Virus record (IMG/VR): IMGVR_UViG_3300044846_003008
Source: a virus
Strand: one strand, 5' to 3'
Length of the DNA stretch: 64,000 nucleotides
Part shown: positions 38,413-48,159 of the stretch, piece by piece
Numbering within the stretch: position 1 is the first letter of the stretch
How the letters are laid out: each line of letters starts with the position of its first letter
Translations under genes and position numbers: made by a program
Notes under the pieces: generated by a model
What the model saw: only the letters and a program-made list of their open reading frames with translations
Databases searched by the model: none
Told to the model about the DNA's origin: nothing

Positions 38413-39540
38413 ATGTCAATAATTCCGGAACCACATAGAAGTGAACTATATAAAAAGGTGAGACACCTATTGGGGGCTCCTTTACGTTCTGTTGAACTTG
38501 ATGATGAACAAATGGATACTTTGTTAGAATTTTCAATTGATGATTATTCTGAACAAGTGCAAAATTGGTTAATCGAGTCTCAATGGACTTCACTATATAA
38601 TCTAAATCTTGATACTCAATCTTTGAGTAGAGCTTTTATGACTAAGAGTTTAGATTATGAAACAAGATATTCTTACGCATACTCTAAGATTGTTGGTTTA
38701 CAAGCCGGTGGTGAATGGGAATTGAAAAGAGATTATGTTGAATTAAAAGCTAATCAACAAGTTTACGAAATACCTGCGAATCGAGAAATTAATGAAGTTC
38801 TTTGGTTTTCACCCGCAAATTTAAATAACGCGATGTTTGACCCTTGGTCATTTGGTGCTTTAGGTGCCGGTGGTGGTCTTGGTGGTGGGGGTGGTCTTGC
38901 TCAAATGGGTAATACAGGTGGTAGTTTCTTAATGATGCCGGCATTTGATATGTTACTGAGAATGCAAGAAATTAACATACAACGAAGAATCATTACAGGT
39001 GACTTAACTTATAAGATTACGGCATTACCTGAAGGTAAAAAAGCATTACACTTAATGCAAACACCTGGTGGTAAATTTGACTTTGGTAATACAACATTAA
39101 TGAGAGGTAAGGTATGGTATTGTTATTACGATGCGGGACCTGCTGACAGAGATAAGTGTTTAAAAGACAATCCTGATATCATTAAACTACCGTCCGACGT
39201 TCCATTTGATAAAATGTCTTGGACTGACTTAAATAATCCGGCACAAGTTTGGGTTAGACGTTGGTTTGTTGCGTCTTGTAAAGAGACATTATCAAAAGTT
39301 CGTGGAAAATATAGTGGTAATTTAAAAACACCTGATTCTGAATTAACTATGGATTATCAATCTCTATCAACTGAAGGTAAAGATGAGAAAACAAAATTGT
39401 TAGAAGAATTAATTGGTGCTGAAGGTAAATTAACAAGATTGAAACCTGAAAAGGTTTTAGAACGTGAGGCATTAATTGCTGAGAACTTAAATAAACAAAT
39501 GAAGTTTAGAGCGTTCCCAAGACAAATATATATAATTTAA
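38413..39540 (+). CDS. Neck / head-tail adaptor protein (T4 gp13-like)
   Basis: 'LLGAPLRSVELDDEQM', 'WVRRWFVASCKETLSKVRGKY...LTMD...EG..EK..L.EEL' follow the gp13 pattern. Confidence 0.8.
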   Translation: MSIIPEPHRSELYKKVRHLLGAPLRSVELDDEQMDTLLEFSIDDYSEQVQNWLIESQWTSLYNLNLDTQSLSRAFMTKSLDYETRYSYAYSKIVGLQAGGEWELKRDYVELKANQQVYEIPANREINEVLWFSPANLNNAMFDPWSFGALGAGGGLGGGGGLAQMGNTGGSFLMMPAFDMLLRMQEINIQRRIITGDLTYKITALPEGKKALHLMQTPGGKFDFGNTTLMRGKVWYCYYDAGPADRDKCLKDNPDIIKLPSDVPFDKMSWTDLNNPAQVWVRRWFVASCKETLSKVRGKYSGNLKTPDSELTMDYQSLSTEGKDEKTKLLEELIGAEGKLTRLKPEKVLEREALIAENLNKQMKFRAFPRQIYII

Positions 39541-39541
39541 T

Positions 39542-39889
39542 ATGGTAGAACATCCGAGAAATACAGAAAAAAAAATAGTTGGTGAAAAAATTTACCTACG
39601 AGGGTTTAATGACCCTATTAGTAGAATTATTCGTGATTCAGTTTATAAAACCGATGGTGAATATTTCTTAGTTATTAAAGACATTGAAAATTGTAGGTTA
39701 GTTCTTGATTCAGCGACGACTAATCATATTAGAATTAAAGCGTTGACAAAAGTATTAATTTCCCCTTTAATTGGGAAAATTGACGAAGAATATGACGAAA
39801 TTTTTATTGATAAAGGGGCTTGTGTTGAGTTCTTACAAATAGAAGGTTCGTGGTATATTGTGTCGTCTGACGGATTGAAATTGAGTTAG
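39542..39889 (+). CDS. Hypothetical protein
   Basis: 115-aa ORF starting 1 nt after the neck gene stop and ending at a hairpin. Confidence 0.75.
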   Translation: MVEHPRNTEKKIVGEKIYLRGFNDPISRIIRDSVYKTDGEYFLVIKDIENCRLVLDSATTNHIRIKALTKVLISPLIGKIDEEYDEIFIDKGACVEFLQIEGSWYIVSSDGLKLS

Positions 39890-39894
39890 TTAAG

Positions 39895-39926
39895 TTCACA
39901 GAGGGAAATCGACTTCCCTCTGTGAA
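39895..39926. terminator. Bidirectional terminator between convergent genes
   Basis: TTCACAGAGGGAA-N6-TTCCCTCTGTGAA, a perfect 13-bp inverted repeat between the 39889 stop and the polymerase stop. Confidence 0.8.
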
Positions 39927-39930
39927 AACT

Positions 39931-42741
39931 TTATATAAAGACCTCATAACCTTCACTTGCTTGGTCATAGATATAGTCAGGACTAACATTAATGTTGTTC
40001 CAAAATTCCACTTCTTTTTCAGTTATAGTTAACAAATCTTCAATCGAATCTTGGTCACCCTCTTTAAATGGTAAGCCATTAGTCAATCTACATTGGTCGG
40101 TTGTAAAGAAACCACGTTGTTCGGGGTCCGTAACCAATAAGTTATCTCTCACTTCATTATTAAAAACAATCAACAAAGGTTGGATACGTTTGTTAAAGGT
40201 TGTAATTGCTCTCGGAACATTATATTCCCCCAACATATCAGGGTTATTCTCCAAATCTGAAGTATTCAAAATGTAACAATTAAGTTTAACTGTTGATTCT
40301 ACGGAATCTTCAGGGTATTTACCATATCCTTCATAAAACAAATCAAGTTGTTCTTGTTTCCACCCACTTTTAGGTTTATTAACTTTTTGAACATCACCGT
40401 GAGATGCTCTAACACCATTATTAACATAATAGATAACATCACCTAACTGAGTATTCATATTATGTTTGATAGCCAATTCCATATGAGCCATTCTTGACAT
40501 TGACCCACCTGATTTAGTTTTCTGTGTCGTTCTTGTTAAATAATCTTTGATTGATAATTTAACTTTTGCTCTCTGAGCAATTTGCATTAATGGTATCTCT
40601 TGATTAAATATTTTAGTAACGTATTCGTAATACCACTCAACAAATTCTTTACCTTGACCTTCTAACAAATGGTTAACCGCCTTGTCTAAGAATTTCTCAA
40701 TATACAATGGTAATTTTTTAGATTTAATGGTATTACCTGTTAATTTAACTTTTCCTTTATGTTCCATAGTTGCGTAGTTCTTTCTTGCTAAGTTGATACA
40801 AGATTTCCAAGTACCATCACAATCAAGACCCATAGCACCTCTCATAAACAAATCATTAAACTCCGCAACATCGGCATCATAACCCTCATATTCTTTACCC
40901 TCTTTAACTAACCAATTTAACCCTTTACCAACGTATCTTCTATCATCAACCCCTTCTTCAGGTAATGAGAAGTTCATACCATCGGTATCACATACAAGTG
41001 GAGTATAACCTCGTTTTTTAAAGAACAACAACATTTGACGTAAATATTGTCTACCTGTACAAGTAATCTTCTCACCTTTATCCATATCCCCCCAAGCGAA
41101 TACTTGTGGTGCTGATAATGCCCCAAATAATGAGTTGATGAAAATCTTAATCGGTAATTGTTTACGGTCAAATTTAAGGGATGTTTTCTTATCCTTACTT
41201 TCCCATTCTTTCGCCAAGTTTTTATACATAATACGAGAGTTACGGAAATACGCTAACATTCCTTTCATCGCACCTGTAACGTCACACTCAGGGAACACAT
41301 CGTGAACCAACTGAATTGATGGGTATAGTGACGAGTAATCGAGTTTTAATACGTCTTTCGAATAACCAACCATTAACAGACGAGAAAGTCCTCCTACGAA
41401 GTCTCTTTTCTCTTGTTTCTTGGGGATTGCTAATTTGTGTTTATATGACCACGCTAACATAATCATCTTCCATAATGTCGCAGTACCCATTGTTGATACA
41501 CGTTCATATGTTGTTGGTACTAAGGATGCTAATAGAAACGTTCCTTGGTTGAATTCCTCATCCACCAATAACGTTTCCTCAAGGTCATCGTCAAGATAAC
41601 GCTCAACTAAATCATCCCCCGTAGTTTTAATGTAAACACTTGGATGACGTTCACAAACCTCATCAATTTTTTCACTAACACCAACTTTTTTATAGTTACC
41701 ATTCTCAATGTTTAACCAAAACTCCTCTTTATTAGCATAATATGGACCGATATCTAAGTGGTCAATATATACACGGTCTTTAGCCTCAGCATCAATATAT
41801 TTTGTAATATATTTCAGACCTGCGGACTTAATACCTGAGTTAATTGCTTGAGCTCTACGAACTGAGTGGATAATATCAATTACGTTATAACCCCACATAC
41901 CAACTTGGTTGTATCTCTCAACCTCATTTGCAAGTTTTAATAGGTTTTCCGATTGTTTTATAGGGCTCTTAGGGTTCAGAGTCTTACAGATTTTTTTAAT
42001 GTCTATATTGAGAGCTTTACATCTTTCGAATATCCAAAACCAGTCGAAGTTTGCTGAGTTATACCCACCAATAATACTTGGTTTTTGTTCGTCAATAGTG
42101 TTGAAGAATTCCACAAGACCTCTACGTTCTGAATCTGCGTCAGGACATTCGATTACTTTTTTAAATCCTTTATTGGTTTTCATTCCAATCATAAAGATAC
42201 GACCGTCTTTAGGTTCTAAAGCAGTCGTCTCTAAGTCGAATCCAAACCTCGTAAGGTCATTGTATTCGTCAAATCCTTTAAATAATCTTTTTTCTCGTGA
42301 AATTAAGTATTGTTCTACCGGTGGTAGAATCATTATCTTGTCTTTTGATTTTTCACCCCAAGGTTCTACACCACCTTCTTTGAAGAATTGGATTAATGAA
42401 CGGTAACCTTTTAAAGATTTTACCATATACTTTAATCCTTCATCTAATCTGTCATTGGGTGTTCCATCTTCATTCTCCGTTCTTAAACGTTCGATGATGA
42501 TGTTATGTTTGGACATACCCGCTTTTTGTTCGTGTTTAGATGAATTGTAAAAATTCAATCCTCTTAAATCACCAACCCACGCAAATGCGGTGAACGTATC
42601 TTTTCTGATTTCTTTTCCTTTACCAGGAATTTCTTTGATTTTGTAAACACAATCTCCTGCATAATCGAATTCTATTGCAACGATATGTTCTTCAGGGTCA
42701 TTACCTTCCAAGAAGGATTTGATTTCTTCTTCTGATATCAT
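39931..42741 (-). CDS. Family B DNA polymerase with 3'-5' exonuclease
   Basis: ExoI 'FDLET', ExoII 'GYNSANFD', ExoIII 'YLDDD'. Polymerase motifs 'LDYSSLYPS', 'KIFINSLFG', 'CDTDG'. Confidence 0.95.
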   Translation of the reverse strand: MISEEEIKSFLEGNDPEEHIVAIEFDYAGDCVYKIKEIPGKGKEIRKDTFTAFAWVGDLRGLNFYNSSKHEQKAGMSKHNIIIERLRTENEDGTPNDRLDEGLKYMVKSLKGYRSLIQFFKEGGVEPWGEKSKDKIMILPPVEQYLISREKRLFKGFDEYNDLTRFGFDLETTALEPKDGRIFMIGMKTNKGFKKVIECPDADSERRGLVEFFNTIDEQKPSIIGGYNSANFDWFWIFERCKALNIDIKKICKTLNPKSPIKQSENLLKLANEVERYNQVGMWGYNVIDIIHSVRRAQAINSGIKSAGLKYITKYIDAEAKDRVYIDHLDIGPYYANKEEFWLNIENGNYKKVGVSEKIDEVCERHPSVYIKTTGDDLVERYLDDDLEETLLVDEEFNQGTFLLASLVPTTYERVSTMGTATLWKMIMLAWSYKHKLAIPKKQEKRDFVGGLSRLLMVGYSKDVLKLDYSSLYPSIQLVHDVFPECDVTGAMKGMLAYFRNSRIMYKNLAKEWESKDKKTSLKFDRKQLPIKIFINSLFGALSAPQVFAWGDMDKGEKITCTGRQYLRQMLLFFKKRGYTPLVCDTDGMNFSLPEEGVDDRRYVGKGLNWLVKEGKEYEGYDADVAEFNDLFMRGAMGLDCDGTWKSCINLARKNYATMEHKGKVKLTGNTIKSKKLPLYIEKFLDKAVNHLLEGQGKEFVEWYYEYVTKIFNQEIPLMQIAQRAKVKLSIKDYLTRTTQKTKSGGSMSRMAHMELAIKHNMNTQLGDVIYYVNNGVRASHGDVQKVNKPKSGWKQEQLDLFYEGYGKYPEDSVESTVKLNCYILNTSDLENNPDMLGEYNVPRAITTFNKRIQPLLIVFNNEVRDNLLVTDPEQRGFFTTDQCRLTNGLPFKEGDQDSIEDLLTITEKEVEFWNNINVSPDYIYDQASEGYEVFI

Positions 42742-42801
42742 ATATATTTAATTTTTGGTTTATTAGCTGCCGTACTCTACGACATTTACCTTTCTCATTA
42801 A

Positions 42802-42830
42802 AATATATACCAATCGGATTTGTAAGTCAA
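42802..42830 (-). promoter_or_regulatory. Sigma70-type promoter for the DNA polymerase gene
   Basis: Minus strand TTGACT (42830-42825), 17-nt spacer, TATATT (42807-42802). Confidence 0.7.
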
Positions 42831-42831
42831 A

Positions 42832-43020
42832 TTATCTTTCGAAATAATTGGTGTAAACTTTCAACTCATCTTTTATGTAAATCAATAATAGATTATTGAA
42901 TACGTCTTTAAATTCATCTAACTTAAATGTTTTAGATTCTTTAATATTTTCCACCCATAAATCACTATCTAATGATAGTAAAAATTTATTATCACTTTTT
43001 CTTTGTATTTTCTTTGTCAT
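42832..43020 (-). CDS. Small hypothetical protein
   Basis: 62-aa ORF starting 1 nt after the preceding stop. Confidence 0.6.
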   Translation of the reverse strand: MTKKIQRKSDNKFLLSLDSDLWVENIKESKTFKLDEFKDVFNNLLLIYIKDELKVYTNYFER

Positions 43021-43021
43021 C

Positions 43022-43714
43022 TTAATTATATATTTTAATTTCTATTGGTGTATTATATAACATAAATCTTGCGGAACTAAAAGTTTGAATATCAATTACG
43101 TATAACATTGGTGTAAAAAATAATGGGTCAATACTTGCCATAAATAATGGTAAGTCAGATGAAAACCCATAAGGGACTGTTGTTCCTACAGTGAATGTTG
43201 TTTTTTTAGGGTTAAAGATATCTTCGGTCGGACTATCTGAGAAAAATAAATAAACACCATCAATACCAATTCCAGGATAATCAGGAACTAAATCAAAACC
43301 TAAAGTATTTTCAATAACATTCATAATCACATTACCCGATGAGGTTAAAGTTGACCCAATCCAAGTGTCAGCTAATATTTCTAATGTTGAAGTGCTACCT
43401 GTAACTTTAAACACACATCCTGTTTCATTTATTACCCCCTCAAGAACTTCAGCAACGTTTGAAAAATCATCACCTGCGAAGTAATCGTCAATAGTATATG
43501 TTTCTCCCAATATAAAACCACCAAGTGGTGTATCGGTATCACCAAAGAACGTTAAGGGACCTGTATGTGTTACTAACGCACGATAGATTCTATATGGTGT
43601 TATTGATGAATAGTTAATGTGGTAAGTATCACCACTTAATTCCACAGGTATCTTAGTGTTGGGTGTTAAATTAGTTAGTTCGGTTAATTCACCGATAGTT
43701 TTTCCTGTAACCAT
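43022..43714 (-). CDS. Putative virion structural/decoration protein
   Basis: N-terminal 'KTIGELTELT' resembles starts of phage fibre/appendage proteins. Beta-rich. Apparently co-transcribed with the BppU-like gene. Confidence 0.6.
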   Translation of the reverse strand: MVTGKTIGELTELTNLTPNTKIPVELSGDTYHINYSSITPYRIYRALVTHTGPLTFFGDTDTPLGGFILGETYTIDDYFAGDDFSNVAEVLEGVINETGCVFKVTGSTSTLEILADTWIGSTLTSSGNVIMNVIENTLGFDLVPDYPGIGIDGVYLFFSDSPTEDIFNPKKTTFTVGTTVPYGFSSDLPLFMASIDPLFFTPMLYVIDIQTFSSARFMLYNTPIEIKIYN

Positions 43715-43725
43715 TTTTTTATTTT

Positions 43726-44379
43726 TTAGTTAATTATTTTTAAATATAAGTTAAGGCCAACATTTAAATATGTGTCAGTCCCGATTAATAAAGCGTCAGT
43801 TATTTGTTGTTCAGGTATTGTTGGTGTTGGTGTTGGTGTTGATGTTGGTGTTGTTGATGGTATTGGTGTTGCACTCACTGATGGTGTTGGTGATGGTGTT
43901 GGTGTGTTACAAGGTTCACAACTTGGACAAGGTGTTGTGGTGGTGGTTGTTGTGTATGGTCCATTAACGCAACAAGGGAATTCTGAAACATAACAAGACT
44001 CGTAATTTAATTCATCAGCAATAAACGATTCTTGGACATATATGTTTAATTTTTCACGTATCGGTAATATCAAAACACCATCATCGGACCTTAACATAAA
44101 TTGACCTTCATATTTACCAACATCCTTAGTGTCTTTAGAATTGAATTGGTAATAGATATAATACTCAGGTTCGGCATTTGGGTCAATAAATGTTTTCTCA
44201 ACAAACCCTGCCGGTCTTGAATTAATCTTAGATAAACCTGTATCAACATTAACCATTGAAAAAAAGATTGATGACAATTCTATGGTTTTCATAAAATTAT
44301 CATAATCACTTCTACCGTCTTTAACTACTTGTAATTTTAATACAGGTAATGTTGCATTTTTTTTAATAAAAAAATCCAT
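43726..44379 (-). CDS. BppU-N-like virion protein with a Thr/Pro-rich tail
   Basis: 'FFIKKNATLPVLKLQV...YYQFNSKDTKDVGKYEGQF' followed by TTTTTTT and PTPSPTP...PTPTPTPT. Confidence 0.7.
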   Translation of the reverse strand: MDFFIKKNATLPVLKLQVVKDGRSDYDNFMKTIELSSIFFSMVNVDTGLSKINSRPAGFVEKTFIDPNAEPEYYIYYQFNSKDTKDVGKYEGQFMLRSDDGVLILPIREKLNIYVQESFIADELNYESCYVSEFPCCVNGPYTTTTTTTPCPSCEPCNTPTPSPTPSVSATPIPSTTPTSTPTPTPTIPEQQITDALLIGTDTYLNVGLNLYLKIIN

Positions 44380-44420
44380 TTATTATTTTTATTAATAAAT
44401 AGTCTGAAATTAAAAAAATA

Positions 44421-44442
44421 AAGGGGTAATTACTCACCCCTT
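44421..44442 (-). terminator. Terminator ending the glycosylation operon
   Basis: AAGGGGT-N8-ACCCCTT hairpin followed by TATTTTTT on the minus strand. Confidence 0.7.
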
Positions 44443-46132
44443 AACTTTCTTTTCTTAATTCACGTTCATAATGGTCAAACCTGTTATGCTCTGTTGGTGT
44501 TAATAATAGTAACCCGAATTTTAATTTACCTCTCTTTAATTCTTGAAACATATGGCTCATCCAAGTCTGTTCATATGGGTGTCTCCAAGTTGTTTCTAAA
44601 AACATTTTTTTACTACCACTTTTAGATACTAATTGAGGCCAATTACAATAATAAATCTCACCTGTAACATAAGGGACACCATCATAAATTTTAATATTTT
44701 CGTATTTAACTTTAGGTGCGTTAGGGTCAGTTCCTTGTTCAGGTAACTTTGAATACTCTGGCCAATATTGTTCTCTAACAACTTGAGGGACATTATACCA
44801 AGTCCATTGTGTTGAATTGTCACCAAAGAATTCACTAAAGTTAAGTTTTAAATAATCAAAATTCTCTTGTTTAGCAATCATCATTGATTTATCGTAAAGG
44901 TCGTCAATCATTCGATTAAAACCATTTCTACATACTTCACCTTTTTTAGGGTAAAAGAACATATCGTCCTCAAAAAAATACATATATTCTAAATCGGATT
45001 GTTCAAAATGTTCAGCTATCCATTGTCTTCCGCCACAAATCCCTAAATTATCCTTTTTAATATGTTCAAAACCGTATTTAGAACATAACTCACTATAAAT
45101 TGGTGTTGTGGATAAATCAGTTGAATTATCCAATAGAATCTTTCTTGGCTTTTCAATAAAGTTTTTGTCATATTCAAGCATTGACATTATTAATGTCTCT
45201 AATTGTTTTGGACTATTAAAACCTATCACATAAAGACCAACATTATCTTTGGTTATTTTTGGTATTTGATTAACATTTTTATTTATGAAATTATTATCAT
45301 AATTTTTAAGTTCTTCAAAAAATGGCCATACAAGACCATTACCTTCAATTTCGTATTTATAAATTAAATCAGGAAATTTGTGAGTTAAAATGGTGAATAA
45401 ACATTCATCGGCACCCATATAACCACTTTTTAGTGTATTTTCCAAAATAGAATAATACTGATGATTTAATTGATGGATAACGCTTTTCTCACCACCAAAA
45501 AACCCCCCTCTACAAACATAACGAACGTAATCGGTGTTACAATATTTCGCCATTTCAGTTCTTTCAAATCCGTGTATTTCGGGACTACCTTCATATGGGT
45601 AAGCTAAATGAACATATTTTATATCTTTTTGAGACATAAATTCTGTTAAATTATTTAACACTAAATCTTTTTGGAAATAACCTTTGTTAACCGTATGTGT
45701 TAGACCACCATCAACCCAATAAAAATATTTACTATTAAACGGATTCATAATTGCCGTATCATTTAACATAAACATTTTTGTTAACATCATTGCGTTATAT
45801 GATTCTAACGCGGCTTGTGGTGATTCTCTTAACCATCCAGATTGTGATAACCATTTTTCGTCTTTTCTAATTTTTTGTATTTCATCAAAAAACGGGTTCC
45901 AAGTATTAAAATCTGAGACTTCTTTAATAAAAATCCTTGTTGGTTTATCACCACGGATTCTCTCAACGTCAGACTTTAAATCGGAAGGTATCCAAATACA
46001 CATCTGAACATCAACTTCTAACATTTCAAAAAAACGTTCTTTATAATAACTAAAATCTCTTTTAGCCCAAGATTCTAAATTCCCTCTACCAACATCCCAA
46101 AGACCTGTAACGATTGTAATATCTGTATTCAT
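44441..46132 (-). CDS. Two-domain glycosyltransferase: HtrL/YibB-like plus GT-A (GT2-like)
   Basis: N-half 'ITIVTGLWDVGR...KMFML...FYWVDGG...GGFFGG...DECL'. C-half 'VIGFNSPKQLETLI...LLDNSTD...DNLGICGGRQ...FFEDD'. Confidence 0.78.
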   Translation of the reverse strand: MNTDITIVTGLWDVGRGNLESWAKRDFSYYKERFFEMLEVDVQMCIWIPSDLKSDVERIRGDKPTRIFIKEVSDFNTWNPFFDEIQKIRKDEKWLSQSGWLRESPQAALESYNAMMLTKMFMLNDTAIMNPFNSKYFYWVDGGLTHTVNKGYFQKDLVLNNLTEFMSQKDIKYVHLAYPYEGSPEIHGFERTEMAKYCNTDYVRYVCRGGFFGGEKSVIHQLNHQYYSILENTLKSGYMGADECLFTILTHKFPDLIYKYEIEGNGLVWPFFEELKNYDNNFINKNVNQIPKITKDNVGLYVIGFNSPKQLETLIMSMLEYDKNFIEKPRKILLDNSTDLSTTPIYSELCSKYGFEHIKKDNLGICGGRQWIAEHFEQSDLEYMYFFEDDMFFYPKKGEVCRNGFNRMIDDLYDKSMMIAKQENFDYLKLNFSEFFGDNSTQWTWYNVPQVVREQYWPEYSKLPEQGTDPNAPKVKYENIKIYDGVPYVTGEIYYCNWPQLVSKSGSKKMFLETTWRHPYEQTWMSHMFQELKRGKLKFGLLLLTPTEHNRFDHYERELRKES

Positions 46133-46141
46133 ATAAATTTA

Positions 46142-46747
46142 TTATTGTTTAATTTTACAAGCCCAAACAACTTGTCTAAAGTCATCTTCCATATATGGAA
46201 TTAAATTATTTCGGAGACTAGGCTCATTAATATCATTATCTTGAATTTCCAACCAATTCCAAATTTTATTATTAATATGTTCTTGGAAATATTCTTCATT
46301 CGGTGCATAGTCGTGAGCCATAATGACATCACCAACTTTTAAATAATCTGATAGAATTCTAAATTCGTTTTTCTTACTACCACCATCACATAACACTAAT
46401 GTTACTCCTTCTGATGTTATAATATCAATAACTTCTTGACCATTTTCTAAATTATCGTATTGATTGTTAAAAACGTTTTCAACTTTTAATTCAATTTTTG
46501 AACCTTCATCAACATATCGTCTTAAATAAACAGGTTCATTAACATCATAACTGATTAACCTAGTTGACTCCAATCCATTTTTATCTAAAATGTCACGTAT
46601 TAATAAAGTTAACCCACCGGATGATGTACCTATTTCTAAAACTTTAATCGGTTTTAACTCTGTTATTAGTTTTGTAAATTTTTCTTCAATTGAAGTGTGT
46701 TGCATTGTCATTAAATCTCGGTAGATAAAATATCCTGAAATACTCAT
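46142..46747 (-). CDS. Class I SAM methyltransferase (CmcI / Methyltransf_24-like; probable sugar O-methyltransferase)
   Basis: 'VLEIGTSSGG', 'ISYDV', 'LCDGG', 'LKVGDVIMAHD'. Confidence 0.8.
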   Translation of the reverse strand: MSISGYFIYRDLMTMQHTSIEEKFTKLITELKPIKVLEIGTSSGGLTLLIRDILDKNGLESTRLISYDVNEPVYLRRYVDEGSKIELKVENVFNNQYDNLENGQEVIDIITSEGVTLVLCDGGSKKNEFRILSDYLKVGDVIMAHDYAPNEEYFQEHINNKIWNWLEIQDNDINEPSLRNNLIPYMEDDFRQVVWACKIKQ

Positions 46748-46748
46748 T

Positions 46749-47483
46749 TTATATTTTTTTAATTAGGTTTAGTGAGAAACTTGAATTGTCGTGAATTAAG
46801 TATGGCTCAGTATTAAATTTAGTTTTTATTTTTTTATTTTCAATCGTATAATATGAATCATCTAACATTGCCGTCGAAAAAAAATAATCACAATTCTTAT
46901 CAGTGTTTAATTCTTTAATTTTAAGATGATAATATTGCCAAACACCTTGGTCGTCCCAAAAGTCAATATTGGTAGTTAAACAAATATTTTCTAATTCCTT
47001 AATTAGTTCATAAAAAGTATTTGTTTTAGAAATTATTGCTCCGGAGTTCAGATAAAAAAATTCTTTTTCATCCATTGGTTCACCCATCCATTTAGACACT
47101 TCGTGAATATATGGCCAACAATTTTTTTCGGTCGAAACCACAATATCTTCACCTGACTGAATAAATTTATCAATCATATCGTTAGAACTTCTACTAAATT
47201 TAGTATCACTAAAATCAATATGTGTTAGATATTCATATTTACCTAAAATGTTTTCCTCAATAAATTTTCTTAGAAGAAAAATTTTCCCATAAACTAAATC
47301 TTTACGACCTGTAATTCCAATATTTGGGATTTCTTCCATATTGAAAGGGTCAAATTTATTTGAAAAGTTAACATAAATGTCCTCCACATCACCATCAAAA
47401 TTAAACTTACTTTTTAAGTGTTCTTGTGAAATTTCGTGACAACCATTACAATAGTATGTGGTAATTACTGAGTGTTTTTTCAT
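46749..47483 (-). CDS. PLOD/LH3-type glycosyltransferase domain protein
   Basis: 'HIDFSDT', 'VVSTEKNCWP', 'YLNSGAII', 'DDQGVW', 'LIHDN' match the procollagen lysyl hydroxylase GT-domain pattern (AE.xCWP, LNSG, DDQ, HGN). Confidence 0.78.
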   Translation of the reverse strand: MKKHSVITTYYCNGCHEISQEHLKSKFNFDGDVEDIYVNFSNKFDPFNMEEIPNIGITGRKDLVYGKIFLLRKFIEENILGKYEYLTHIDFSDTKFSRSSNDMIDKFIQSGEDIVVSTEKNCWPYIHEVSKWMGEPMDEKEFFYLNSGAIISKTNTFYELIKELENICLTTNIDFWDDQGVWQYYHLKIKELNTDKNCDYFFSTAMLDDSYYTIENKKIKTKFNTEPYLIHDNSSFSLNLIKKI

Positions 47484-48157
47484 ATATTTGTTTTTTTCAT
47501 AAAATGATAATCACCATCAGGACCATTATTAGTAAAAAAGGATACTAATTCAAACCCCAACGATTCAATAAATTTAATGGATTCGACATTTAACGGTGCT
47601 CCAATATTATATTGACTATGTTGTAACTCAATAATTAAATGTTTGCAAGTTTTTAATGTTTCTGTCATACCTTTTAGAATATCGACTTCACATCCTTGGA
47701 CATCAATCTTTATTAAATCAGGTAATTTAAATTTTTTATCTTTAACCACAGTATCTACTGTGATTGTTTTTACAATTCGTTCACTATCTTTACCAAAATA
47801 TAAATCAGTTGCCCAACTATATTCTTTATAATATGAGTTACCGCCAGGACTTTCATTACTTTGGTAAAAAATTAACTCTTTATTATCTACATCACTTAAC
47901 ACACCTAAATGATATTCAAAACCAACCTCATCATATAAAAACCCAACAGAATCCATACCGTCAAAAAGGTAGTATGTTGAATTAGGCCAAATTTTTAAAG
48001 ATTCTTTAGTCCAATGTAATACACAAGCACCAATATCGTAAATTACCTCCGGTTCAAAATTAAATTCTTCTTTTAATTTTTTTAAGTATAAAATATGACT
48101 ATCAGGTATTGGTGACATATTTGATAAATTTTTTAAATTGTTTTTTACATTTTCCAT
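47480..48157 (-). CDS. FkbM-family methyltransferase
   Basis: 'VIYDIGA', 'TITVD', 'PDLIKIDVQGCEVDILKG', 'IIE'. Confidence 0.88.
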   Translation of the reverse strand: MENVKNNLKNLSNMSPIPDSHILYLKKLKEEFNFEPEVIYDIGACVLHWTKESLKIWPNSTYYLFDGMDSVGFLYDEVGFEYHLGVLSDVDNKELIFYQSNESPGGNSYYKEYSWATDLYFGKDSERIVKTITVDTVVKDKKFKLPDLIKIDVQGCEVDILKGMTETLKTCKHLIIELQHSQYNIGAPLNVESIKFIESLGFELVSFFTNNGPDGDYHFMKKTNI

Positions 48158-48159
48158 AA

